Shown here: positions 39,607 through 52,500 of the stretch, piece after piece | Position numbering within the stretch: the stretch's first letter is position 1 | How the letters are laid out: the number at the start of each line of letters is the position of its first letter | Assembly: GCA_043228905.1 (NCBI GenBank) | Contig: JBHGNT010000005.1 | Span: 6,014,001-6,078,000, forward strand | Source of the DNA: Azolla caroliniana | Lineage: Eukaryota > Plantae > Polypodiophyta | Reading direction: 5' to 3' | DNA length: 64,000 nucleotides | Program-made: the position numbers and the translations under genes | The notes under the pieces: generated by a model | Seen by the model: only the letters and a program-made list of their open reading frames with translations | Database searches by the model: none | What the model was told of the DNA's origin: nothing

Positions 39607-42600
39607 ATGTCTTACCTGTATGAGAAGAGTGGGACCTGGCGCTGGATCGTGGCCTCCTCCAAAGCTTCCAGGGGTTTCTTCCTGACTTTCTCTACCATCT
39701 GCGTTGTGCTCCCCTTGGGCCTCGGCTATGCCACCATGTCCGCCACCTCCTCCAACGATCCTCAGCTTCAGCATCGCCTCTCCAAACATGCTCGCCAAGA
39801 CACAGATGTAAGTCTCTCATTTCATTGTGTACCCATTTTGTTTGTTTTTCACCCTTTTCCTTTGCGTTTACTTAGATAAATGATGGTTATGATAGAAAAT
39901 TACGAGTTGCTTTGATGTAGGTTATTGCAATCTTTTTTTTCTTTTTTTGAGTCATCGTTAACATGAAAATTGTGAATGCTGGATATGGTGGATCAACTGT
40001 TGCTTTGCTCTATATTTAATTTTTTTGTGTCCTTTCATCATCTCATGACTAAGTTTATGAAATTCTTTTTGTTAGTTACGTAGATGATTTTACATGCGGC
40101 TTTTTGTGATATTAAGACTTAAGTTTAGATTATTCTACTTGTTCAGTTTATATGTCCTTTTTTATCTTAAGACTAAATTTAAGAATGTTTTAGTCCAGTT
40201 TCAAATTTTTTTCATGGATTAATCTTGTTTTGGTCAGGTTATGTGTTTGTACAGTGTGAAGACTAAACTTTGGAATGTTTGTTTTGATAGTCACCTGAAT
40301 TATACGCAGGATTTATTTAATTTCTTTTTATTTATTTGTCTTTTTGTGATAGTAAGGCTATGTCTATGAATCCTTTTGTTAGTTACTTCAATGGAACATG
40401 AAGATCTATTAGTTTCTTTGTTTAGCGTGTGTTGTCATTGTGATCTTAAACTGTGAGAAGCAAGCCATTCCTGGTGTTTAATGGCATTTTGGTTGTGTTT
40501 GATGTCTTTCTATATTCCTGACTGGGTTTGTCTGTGAACCTCATATTGTTCTGTGCACGTATTTTGCTTGTGGCTTTGTTTCTGCATTGTGACTTACATC
40601 AGTTCAGTGGGTAGACCTTCTAGTTCAAGCCAGATTTACTGCTGAACCACAAACTGTTAGGTGGCCTCTCTTGGCTGCTATTTCAAATGATGTAATTTCA
40701 TTATTAGTTTTTGCAGATGGGTTTCCTTTTGGAATCATTAAGTGAAGGGATGGCAGCTACCATCCTTTCTACTATGTTCATACGCTAGTGTAGTACAAAA
40801 CAACTTTACAGAAGATGTCCCATTATCAGAATGTTGGTGTCATAAGACATGAGAAGAAGGTCAATGCATTTTGGTTAAAATCCTTCAATTGTAGAATTAC
40901 TTCCGGTTAAAGGTATAATGTTTCAAAGCATTCAGACTTTGGATGAAAGCTTTGACATGAAATTCTTCAAAATTTATGGGATTGGTAATAATTATAAAAT
41001 TCTGTGGACTGATTAGTGGCATCTATGGTTGGTTTGATGAGCATGTAAGTGTTTCTATTTATAGCTCTGGATTCTACACATGAGAATTCATTAACTAGGG
41101 ATCAGGATTGTAAGCCAAGATGATGAAGACTTGGTTATTGATAGTTTACTGTGTCCACATTTGATGATAATATCAAATGCTTTGTGCAGTGAAGGTTTGA
41201 ACAAATGTCTCCTTTGTGAGCTTATCAGGAATTACAAATTCTTTACCTGAGATTCCAAGAGATTATATTTTAAGATGTAATCGCTTGTTCTTTGTTGCAG
41301 GCCATTTTGGCCTCTTAATATTCTTTCTTTCTTTCTTTACTCGAGTGTGAATGCAAACAAAACAAATTAGAGAATCTTTTAGTATTAACTAGATATATAT
41401 GGATAAAGAACTAGATCTTAAAAGTTATGTTAGTTTCTTGATCTCAAAATCCAACAATCATCATTTGGTTTGCAGGTTGATAAACATATGCAACGAAAAT
41501 ATGTGGGAATATATTACTGAAATGACACATTTTACATTTTGGATATTATTAATGTAATCATTCACATGCAATTATTTATGTTTTATCGTTCTTCATCTCC
41601 TACTCATGAATCAAGTCAAAAAGGTTATTCTTTTAATAGAATTATGAAAAAACTTGTGTTTTTTACTGAATTATGTCGAAGTTTTTTGAAGTGGATCTTA
41701 GAAGCTGGATTATATGAATAATCAGAATTAGTTTCATAACAACTTGTTTCAATTCATTAGATAGATCAATTTAATCTTTGATACTTTGAACAATGTACTC
41801 CGGTCATTATTCATTATTATGTGCATTGTATGTATAGATTGTTTAATTCATGTTTTTCTTAGTTCTAGACTTTTTTGAGATTGTCTGCCTAACACCTAGC
41901 ATTACACTATATGAATGTTGATATTAAACTTCATCTCTCTTTGGACACTGATGGTATGGAGTGATGTCATAATTTCGAGGCTGTTCTATGCATTAAGCGA
42001 TTGGCAAAAACTGTGCTTATTACGATGGAATCCCCTTTGAAGTGTTGATTGTCACTTGTCCAATTCTGCACCTTTTGAATGATGTTCTATTCATGCTTCT
42101 TTTCCCATACAAGCATTGAGAATTGACATAGACTCCTCTCATAGTGTAAATTTTCTCTTACACTCCACTAATTCCGTACTTTTATTGATTAATGTCTTAT
42201 TTATACTTCTTTTATTATACTCATTGAGAATTGAGATGGACCTTGGTTATAGTACACTGTGTGGTACTACTGCTTGATATTCCTTAATCCCTTTCCTAGT
42301 AAAAGGTCTTAACTCTTTCCTCCCACTTTTCACATAATTACTGCTGTTCCACTCAGTTTCACATTTAGACATGAAAATTTCAAAGCATGGGTGATTCCTG
42401 AATGGTTAAAAGTACAACTATCATTGGGTGCTTTTAGAGTGAGTCAATGTGATGTCTCTTTCAGTGTTCTATAATGTGTTTGAGTTTCGTCTTGGGCGCT
42501 TTTACAATATGTGATGAGCATGAAACCGATTAGGGAATGAACTTTATGCCAATTTCTTTCTGGTACCCTTGTTTTGTATTTTGGTATTCGTATCCTTATT

Positions 42601-42823
42601 ATGTTTTGATGCTCTCTTTGTATGTGGACAGCTGATGGCTAGAGTGAACAAGGAAAGGCTTGGTCAGTTTCTCAAGGAAATTAAGTCCAAGGAGAACACC
42701 GAAGACCGTTATGTGGCCGCGCTGCGTGGCGAGACCCTGACTGGTACACCTGGTGCTAGAGTTCGGGGCGGTGGCGGCACTTCATGGAAGCCTTTGACCA
42801 AGGAAGAACAAAATGAGAAATGA
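39607..42823 (+). CDS. Small conserved plant protein of unknown function (~130 aa, one TM helix), 2 exons
   Basis: Exons 39607-39807 (GAT|GTAAGT) and 42632-42823 (CAG|CTG) give MSYLYEKSGTWRWIV...FFLTFSTICVVLPLGLGYATM...ARQDTD-LMARVNKERLGQFLKEIKSKENTEDRYVAALRGETLT. I recognise EKS-TWRW, VNKERL and DRYVAALRGETLT as motifs of an uncharacterised plant family. Confidence 0.85.
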
Positions 42824-44571
42824 TATTCTTTGACTAATCATTGCAAATGAGACTATTTGCTATCATTGCAAAATTATGATTGCTGAGGAGGATTGGGGTT
42901 CTGGATGACCTTTCGTGCGATTTTATCATCTGGTGTTAGGTCCTGATTACTTTCGAAAGGATTGTGCTGCAAATAGCAGTGCAAATAAAGTGTTATTGGT
43001 TACAAAAAGGATATATATAAAAGAGACCCACTTTGCACCATATTAAGTTTGGCAATGCAGTTCATAGACTGTTTTCTTCTGACACCATTCCCAATTTGTA
43101 AGCATATGTGAAAGAGAGCTACTCTGCTAAGGCAGTTAATCTGCTTTGCAGTTTTGTATAGAGGTTGCTATGCTGCCCTTTTTTTTCTGACTCTTGAGCT
43201 GAGGTGTAATAAATATATTTATGTGGTGTTCCAGTTGCCTTGTTTTGGGTAATTTAACGGCTTCTGGTATGGTTTGCCCATTGCATGTAATATTGCCCAG
43301 GTTTTTGTAGCATGACTACTTGCGCAGAGACTTGGTTTGGACAAGACAGCTGTGATGTCGAGTTCTTAACTACCCGGTAATAGTACCGAAGCCTACTTGG
43401 TAGTAGTACAGAAGCTGCATACATAAAATCTTATACCCAAATTCTTTTAATTGAATTTTGACAATGAAGTATGGTTGTAACTTGTAGATAAATAACATGG
43501 CATAAATTCTGTGATATGTATATATACAGATATTTGCTTCTACCATTAGCGTGGAGGTGAGGTATCTTCAAATTCATAACAAAGATTGGATAGTGCTTCA
43601 TATTTTTGTGTGGATGGGCAAGTACATGTGATGTGAATCCATGCTCAATTATTTTGTCATGATGTGATTGATTTAATTACGTACCATGCTTTCCTTAAAT
43701 AGTCTTATGAATCTAAAGAATGGATGACATAAGGGACGCCTAGATTGAGTTGTGGTAACATTTAAATACACTTGTTTTGGTATAGCTATGAACATATTAA
43801 GATCTAGGGTAATACCTTCATATTTGTAACAAGATGCCATCTCCCCATCTAGAATAGATAGATGAGCATTCTTTGCACGGGAAAAGCATTTCCTTACTAG
43901 AGGTGAAAGTAAAGGAAAGCAATGAAGTTTGTTATATCAAGTTCTTTAATAGGATTATAATGATAGCATATCTTAACATGATTAGTGGTGTATCTCCTCA
44001 AACAATAAGATCACACCGTTTTTGGACATTTACGGCTTCTACATGTTTATGAGAGAAAAGCAAGGGCATGAGAAAGTTGAATAAACGACTCTTTGGAAGC
44101 GAAATGCATGCAATCAATTTACATCCCATCTCTAAAGTGCCAGATTATAACTAAACATGAATGGCCGATACAAGGTTGTGTTATAACATGAAGCACAATA
44201 CGGTTTACAATTCATGCGGGAAACACGTGTATTTAAATGTTTATACATACATGGGATTAGCTTCACAATATTTATGTATTGGATTGGATTGGAAGAGCAG
44301 TTGGTCTGCCTTCTTGTGAATGGGAAAATATAGATATAACACACCATGTATATGTGTACATACGTACATTTATACATTTATACATATGTACATACATACA
44401 TTTATACATACATACATACATACATATACATATCTATATATATACATACATATATACACTTTGCAGTTGTTTCACATTCCCATGACTGCAACGAGTCCCT
44501 TCTTTATACATACGTTAGTTAGCCCTTCCCTTCCTGTGAAGTTGTATATTATATATTACAGACTGAGAAGG

Positions 44572-45624
44572 ATGGGCATGGCTGCCCTCTCTGTGCATCC
44601 ATGGGTGCTCTATGCCTTCATCCTCCTCCTCTCAGGCTACATTGTCATCGACCTTGTGGCCAATCACACCTCCGACACCGATAACTGTCATGGAAGAAAC
44701 CTAGAAGGGTCGCCATGGATTGCTAAGAAAGATGTTATCTCCGAGGCCGATGCATATTGCAAGACGATCGAAGGACACATGGACAGGGAGAAGGAGACGA
44801 GGAAGAGGAAGAGGAAAGCCAAGAAAGAAGGAGCAGTAGAAGCAGAAGAAGAAGCAGAGGAGGATCCATGGGAGCAAATGAAATGGACTGGTGAAGCGGC
44901 CACTTGCCGTGTGAAAGGACACTTGATCGAGAAGCTCGACCCGGACAACAACTTCCGGAGGGGTTTCGCTCTCCGAATGACGAGCGATGTAGAGGACAAA
45001 ACACATGTGCTTCCATGGCTTCTGGGCAGCCATGTAGATGTGAACCAGGCGAAGCGAAGAGTTTACCTAGATTTGGGCGCGAATGCCTTCTCGACAAGCA
45101 TCACTTGGTTTATGCGAATGTACCCTTGTGACTTCACCGAGGTTCACGCGTTCGAAATCGACCCAAACCTCCTCCGGATCCCTTCACCAGGGAGCTTTGA
45201 TGAAGCTACCAACTACGCCGGCCCTAACCACTTCTCGTTAAGTGTCAAATCCAGGTCCGGCGTGCCTGCTTGGATGCTGTCTAGAATTCACCTCTATAAC
45301 AAGTTTGTGAGTGATTTCGACGATGAGGAGAATAAGGCGGTGAACATCACGCGGTTTATAAAGGAGGAGCTCCGCCTCCACCCCCATGACACTGTGGTTG
45401 TGAAGATGGATATCGAAGGGAGCGAGTGGCCCATACTCACTCGTTGGATGCAGGACCCGGAGATGGCTGCCATCGTGGATGAGCTCTTTGTTGAAGTGCA
45501 TTATGACCATCCTAGCATGCATGCCTATCATTGGGCCAGGTTCGCTCCCAGAACTCGCGATGATGCCCTACGCCTCCTTGCAGAGCTCCGATGGCATGGC
45601 TTTTACGTGCATGCATGGCCATAA
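44572..45624 (+). CDS. FkbM/Methyltransf_21-like SAM-dependent methyltransferase, type-II membrane protein (350 aa), intronless CDS
   Basis: ATG 44572 follows an acceptor-like TTACAG. N-terminal TM segment WVLYAFILLLSGYIVIDLV; motif I RRVYLDLGANAF; EVHAFEIDP; VVVKMDIEGSEW; IVDELFVEVH. The upstream part of the 434-aa ORF is (TACA)n microsatellite read-through. Confidence 0.85.
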   Translation: MGMAALSVHPWVLYAFILLLSGYIVIDLVANHTSDTDNCHGRNLEGSPWIAKKDVISEADAYCKTIEGHMDREKETRKRKRKAKKEGAVEAEEEAEEDPWEQMKWTGEAATCRVKGHLIEKLDPDNNFRRGFALRMTSDVEDKTHVLPWLLGSHVDVNQAKRRVYLDLGANAFSTSITWFMRMYPCDFTEVHAFEIDPNLLRIPSPGSFDEATNYAGPNHFSLSVKSRSGVPAWMLSRIHLYNKFVSDFDDEENKAVNITRFIKEELRLHPHDTVVVKMDIEGSEWPILTRWMQDPEMAAIVDELFVEVHYDHPSMHAYHWARFAPRTRDDALRLLAELRWHGFYVHAWP

Positions 45625-46559
45625 AAGCACCTAACTCTCAAGCCCATGGTACATGAAGGTGCACCTCACTTTGAGGTTTCCCTCCACTACCTGCTACCAT
45701 CTTTTATATATTAACCACCACAATTCTGTATACATTTCATATGTTGCCCTGGCTTCTTATCCTTGAGGATGAAAACGAACCAATAAATCTCTTCTTATAT
45801 CGCATCCATTATAACTGTCCATGACATCCACGTCATCTGATGACATGGTTCCATATCCTTGCACTTAAAGGAATGGCTAAGCTAAATCTTCCTTTCTTAT
45901 TAGTTTTTTTGCGTAGATTTTAAGTTAAATATTGTATCCATTGAGCACGTGACACATTCAGATGCACGAAAACATTACATCCACATTTTTACCTCCTAAG
46001 ACATGAGAATTTGATGTTTGGTTATCTGTTTTTTTCACAAATTCTTATCTGAGAAATTTCAAATTCCGTTCCTAATTTTACTTCGTGACATTTCACTGCT
46101 AGAAAATCAACAAACTGAGATTAATTTCTTATTTTATCATTTGATAAATAATATAAACAAAACAATATGAGAGCACTGACTCGATAGTTCAGATACCAAC
46201 ACACACCAAAGTTTGCTTATAATTCTATTATCAATACACACCAAAGTAATATATGACATGTTATGGCAGTTTAAAAATTATCCTTCACAACTTTAACATT
46301 GTGGGTTTGATTGTAAAAAACTACTCTCAATTTAAACTGACATTATGTGTGCTAGTAGTTTGATTCTAAAAAATAGCTGTAGATAAACATTGACATTGTC
46401 ACAAACTATGATTTTCAGGAGACAATGTTTGCAAAAATGGTACAAAAATGGATTTTTTTGTGTAAAACAAAACCAAAGAGCGTTTAATGATTATACATGA
46501 GCAGGACAGCAGATATAAATGGGTGGGAATATTCATGATGTTAATCATTATCATCATCA

Positions 46560-49500
46560 TCAGGATGAGAAGTCATCATCATCGTCTGAAGTTCTTGCGA
46601 GTGTAGGCAGGAATTCATTCATTTGCCCATCAGCATTCTTGTTTGGATAATGCATGCCATCTCCTCTCGGAGGAAGTTTGTGTGGTAAAAGCATCAGCAG
46701 CCACCAGTAGGAACCCCCTCTATCAAACAGGGACCTTAGATTTTGTAGTCTTCCCATGTCATATGGATTTACATATTGAACTACATCCTGTCTCTAGAAA
46801 GAGCTTAAGAAGGATCAAGGTTTTGAGCTATTACCATATTCATATATAAATTCTTTTTTAAATAACAAGGACCTATTTACCTCTCCTTTTAGTTTTGCTT
46901 CTCTTCGAGCTTGACGTCGTCGTCGCCGATACGCATAGAAATCAATGGTTGTCTACACAGTGCAGAACAGAGTGGAATAAAGATGGGGGAAAATGCACCG
47001 AAATATGTGTATAGAGATTCATACATGCTTTTGGTTATTCTCCAAATTACCTATATTTGCTTCAACAAAGCTGAGGTCTTAAGTTCATGTGAAAACAATA
47101 ATTTAAGGTCATGCTCTCTTTCTAACAAGCGTATTTTGCATATTAATTAAAGAACAATTAGTAGTTAGATATTTTATGTTGCAAAGTAGATTTCCCAATT
47201 ATTGTAGTCAATTTAAAATCTTCATCTTTTTGACCATGCATATCTAGGTCATTGAAACAGTGCAATAGTATACCTTCTAATAAATTTCCTGTAAAGATAT
47301 GGATTGAAGTTAATCAGCCTCTATGCAAGGCCAAGACAATGATTATGCACGATAATGTGAAGAAAAAATATGATTCAGAGAAGACGGACTAATATAAAAT
47401 GATATGATGTTAGAGTGCCAAAAATAAAAGACAAATGTATAAAGGATTGAAGTAAACAAGGGGCAAGGGCTGAGCTTCAATTACAGCACAGTTGCCAATG
47501 GAACGAAACCTAGGATGACCATACCTGGGCGTCCAAACCAGTACAAGAGGCAGACTAGTGCTTGAAAACCTATATAAGGGTGAGAAAGGCATGAAGAGAA
47601 GAGTGACCAAAGAGAGTCAGTATGCTGAATTAATAACCAACGAGAGGCTGTGACTGTTAAGGACTTAGTCTCATCATAATAGGAATGTAAGTTTTTGTGT
47701 ACTGTCTGTGCAGATAGTATGAACTTGGTCTTGTGATATCTGTTGGAGGCATCCCTTCAAGGAGCTATATCAGAAGAGAGGAAGAATAAGAAGTAGTCCG
47801 GGTCAAATATGGAGAGTCATCAGGAATGTGACAACCAGATTAGACATTGATCGACCAGCCAACAATTCTTGTCAGTTCTTCCGGAGTGATCCTAACAACT
47901 TATCTCAGGAAGTGGAGTGCAATCTAGCAATGGAACTGGAAATCCAAAGGCAAAGCAGCATTCAGGTGTGGATCCAGATGATGAGCACATATGGTAACTT
48001 AGCGTTTAGACTGAGTATGAAAAACTGTCAGGTTGGAGGGTCTTAATATTAAAACAGGAGCTCAGGCTCAAGGTCAAGGACATAAAAAAGGAAAAAATGA
48101 TATATTGACAGCTTTTAAGAGGCCAACATGGCTTATGAGAACAGATGGGAGATTGCAGTTTGAAATGTTGTCTAATATTTGAGAACAAACCAAAATAAAT
48201 ATAGCAAAATTAGTAAGACTAAGTGAGGTACTAGATTATCGGTACCTAAGTACTTAACATTCTGAGAACTGTGTTAAAGGAAGTAGCAAGAAAAGCGTGA
48301 AGGAAAGAAAAAGTATGGTATGAGATTTGGTTGTATGGCCCATGTAATAAAGGAAGCCAGCCTTGGGTAAAAATCACAGACCGCTGGTGTGATGTGTAAA
48401 ATGTGAGCTTCAGAAGCCCTGAAGTGATGATCCTGTCCTCTGTACAGACGTCCATGGTTCCAGATCAAGCCCCTGAATAAAATTGGGCGACACATATCAC
48501 ATATGAAAGAACCCCAGAACAAGTTGGGTGAACCTACTAGGAAGCCAGTCTCGGATCGAATTCCAAAGCCATGTGCTGATGGCTGGATACACCATAAAAA
48601 TTGAGAAAGCTAGATGATCCAAGGTAGATTTAAGGAGTCAAAAAAGCTCCATCAGAAACTAACAGATCATATTGTGGTGTCCCTTTCATGCAAGAGCATG
48701 CATTTGAACACACCACTCTTTTAGCCACTCCCGTTTAGCACATCACCCATTTTAGCCCACCCTTTTAGCACACCATTTTGGGACACGTGTAGCTAGGCCG
48801 TCCCAAAATGGGTTCTTTGTATCTTCTATATATTGAATGATAAGTATGAAGCTAGCTAGGCTGGTTTGGTTTCCTTTTATGTGCATTTCACATAATTGGT
48901 GGAGAAGCGGGCTCAAATTTTAGCGGGCATCCCAATTCCCTTCCGCCGCCTCCAACGTCAATACCCCGATGGAGCCTGAGTTCTCGCAACCTCACGCACG
49001 ACCTCCCCCTTTCCAAATGGAGCAGCTCCTGGAACTCGTCTCCAACGCCATGCTTCAAATCAGCCATACGAATCAAGCTATGCTCTCCTTCCTCTCCGCT
49101 CACAACGACCGCACGCAAGATCGTCCAGATTCCAAGGTGCGCCCGAAGTCCTTCTCCGGATTGCCTTCCGAGGATGTCTTAGCTTGGTTGGATCATTTTG
49201 AGATGATCTCTAGTTACCATCAATGGTCCGACGAGCGCAAAGCTTTGGAAGTTCGTACCCTGCGCGAAAACATCGCCGCCACCTGGTACGTCCAACAATC
49301 AAGCGACGTGACCGAGAATTGGGTGATCCTTCGGGATCTCCTCGTACAAAACTTCGCCCATCAAAATTCAGCCCAAACGGCGTTACAACAACTCGAAACA
49401 TTGCAACAACAAGCACACGAACCCGTGGGCCAATTTGGTGTTCGCCTCAATCAACTCCTCATTCGCGCTGACCCTACCATGCCCGAGCATGTGAAGCTTT

Positions 49501-52500
49501 TCTTCTTATGGCCTCGTCTGCGCCACGACATCACTCGCCGCGCTCGGGACCAAGGTCCGCAGACATTCAACGACGCCATCCTCATCGCCCAACAAATCGA
49601 AGCTTGTACATTATCTGACACCCAACCTCGTTGGCCCCATCCATCAGCCACCGACTCACGCGCCCAATACCAAGGCGCAGCCCCCATGGACATTGATGTC
49701 CAAAACATGCAATTGCAAGCTCGCCGCAACCGTCCCGATCGCGATAGCCAAGGGCACCCGAGGTGTTTCTATTGCCACAATTATGGACACGTCCGACGTT
49801 AGTGCCGGAAATTGCAACAACAATCTCACAAGCAACAAATCCAGATAACTATGGCTGACGTGGCATTGTTGGCTGAGCTTCCGGGAAACTGACGTCCGGG
49901 GTGCTGATGGAAGAGCCAGCCCTCCACATCCAAGCATCCGCCTCTTCTAGTTCGAGGGTATGCACCGCCCTCGCCACCATTAATCACTGCACCCACACCA
50001 TCTTATTAGACACTGGTAGTAGTATATCTTCTATTAGCACCGCTTTAGTACACCGGTTAGGTCTCCCCACATCCATTGCTCCTTCCATCCAAGTCCTTTT
50101 TGGCGATCACCAACATCTTTACCACTCTCACACACAAGCCCATTGCACCTTCACCTTAGGCACTATCACCTTCTCACATCACTTTTATGTCTTGCCCCAC
50201 CAACTCTTCCCCCTCACCCTAGGTTGTGATTGGTTCCTCAAGCGCCGCGCTGTGATTGATTTTGATGCCCACAAACTTCTTGTCCCACATGCTTCCCCTA
50301 TCCCTCTTCTACAAGATAGCTCCCCTAGCCCCCACCTTAGCCAAGTTCAGGTAGCACTTAGTCCACAAGAGCGATTGGTCTCCATCCGCCAATTAATAGC
50401 CCGTTTTCCATCACTAACCCTCCAACCCACACATGCTCCTACTATCTCTTTCCCAGTACAACATGCCATTCGTACTGGGGAGGCCACTCCGATCCGCATG
50501 GCTACCCACCGACGTTCCCCTCTCAACCACGATCGCATTGATGCGGCCGTCACCGACATGCTCACCAAAGGTATTATCGTTCCTTCCACCAGCGATTGGG
50601 TTTCGGAACCCCACCTCGTCAAGAAGGATGATGGCACCTTCCGCTTTTGCATCGACTTCAGGCCTCTTAACAAAGTGACTATCCATGACCTCTACCCGCT
50701 CCCTCACGTGGACGACCTCTTGGATCAAATCGGTGGCTCCCATTATTTCACCTCCCTAGACTTAGCCTCGGGATATTGGCAAATCCGCCTAAAACCTTCT
50801 GACGCCCACAAGACTGCATTCCGCACACGCCGCGGGCTATTCCAATTCACCCGCATGTCGTTCGGCCTGTCTGATGCTAGCAGCACATTCCAACGCATGG
50901 CCAACTCCATTTTTGCCGCCCTTATCAACAAAGGTGTCCTCGTTTATCTCGATGACATCCTTATCCACACGACCACTTGGGAGGACCATCTACAAGCTCT
51001 CGCCGAAGTCCTTGCTTGCATAACTAAGCATAACTTGCAGCTCCAATGGAAGAAGTGTCGATGGGGAAGCACCAGCCTCCGTTTTCTCGGCTTCATCATC
51101 TCTGGTGACGGAATCCATATGGACCCTGCAAAGGTAGCAGCCATCAATGACTACCCTCGCCCCACTTCAGTCAAATCCTTGCAACGTTTTTTGGGCATGA
51201 TCACCTTTTCCCTTCGCTTCATCCCAAACCTTGCCTTGGTCACTTTTCCCCTTCGCCAACTCTTGAAGAAAGGCGTGTCATTCAGTTGGGATCCTGCTTG
51301 TGAAGATAGCTTTCATCGCCTTAAAACCATGGTCAAGGAATCGGGGTTGCTCACCCATCCTAACTTTGACCGACCGTTCACGTTGCAGACATACGCATCA
51401 AACCAGGGGTTAGGAGCCGTCCTCTTGCAAGCCGTTTGCCATGGGCAAGAGAAGGCGGTCGCCTTCATTAGTTGGACTCTCACGCCGGCTGAACGCAACT
51501 ACTCAACCACTGAGAAGGAGCTACTTGCGATTGTCTGGTCTTTCCAGCGTTTTCATCCATACCTTCATGGTGGACAGGTTACGGTTGAGACCGACCACCA
51601 GCCCTTGCTTTCTCTTATCCATCGACCTCACCCCCCAGGCCGCTTGTTGCGATGGACGTTGGCACTTCAAGAGTATCAGTTTACCCTCTCCTATCGGAAA
51701 GGTGCAACCAATTTGGTCGCTAATAGTCTCTCTCGCGCCGACTGCCAAGCTGTCCAATTTCTCCTTGAGACATCCGATCTTCCGATACCATTGCCACAAC
51801 TCGCTACGCTTCAACAACACAACCCCGCCATCCAACAGATAATCCATCAGTTGCACTCCCTCCAACCGTTTCCCTCACAACGGTTCATGCTCCGCGATAA
51901 CTTGGTATTCTTCATTCAAGCACATCACGAGCCTCGTCTCTACATCCCTCATGCCCTACAACAAACATATCTCCAATTTTATCACGACCACCCATTGTCG
52001 GGGCACTTGGGTTTCCACAAGGTTCTTGAAAAATTACGTCTCAAGTATTACTGGCCCAACATGAGACACTCAATCTCTACCTATATCAAACAATGCGCTT
52101 TGTGTCAACACATCAAACCTGGGGGCAAGCCAGCTGGAACACTCCAACCCATCACCGTCACGTCACCTTTCGAGCTGGTCGGATGGGATTTCATGGGACC
52201 TTTTCCCGAAACCTCTAGGGGCAACAGGTATATCCTTGTCATAACAGAATACCTCACACGATGGGCTGAAACTGTTGCCATCCCCGACGTCACTGCGGCA
52301 ACAATTGCCTCCCAACTCTTGCAAAAGGTAATATTTCAACATGGTTGCCCTATCCAAATCTTATCTGATCAGGGCCGCCAGTTCCATGGGGATGTCCTCA
52401 ATGTTGTGGCAACTCAACTAGGTGTCCAACAAGTGTTTACATCCCCTTACCATCCTCAAACAAATGGCCTCACTGAACGCCTCAACAAGACCCTCAAGCA

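Noticed and set aside
44320-44571. N-terminal 84 aa of the 434-aa ORF
   Set aside because: It is translation of (TACA)n/(TA)n repeats and probable intron or UTR sequence. The real start is more likely ATG 44572. No separate conserved-peptide uORF was visible.
49800-49802. gag TAG as a programmed readthrough site
   Set aside because: It falls inside the CCHC knuckle and is best explained by a CAG>TAG mutation. The real gag end with the slippery site is 90 nt downstream.
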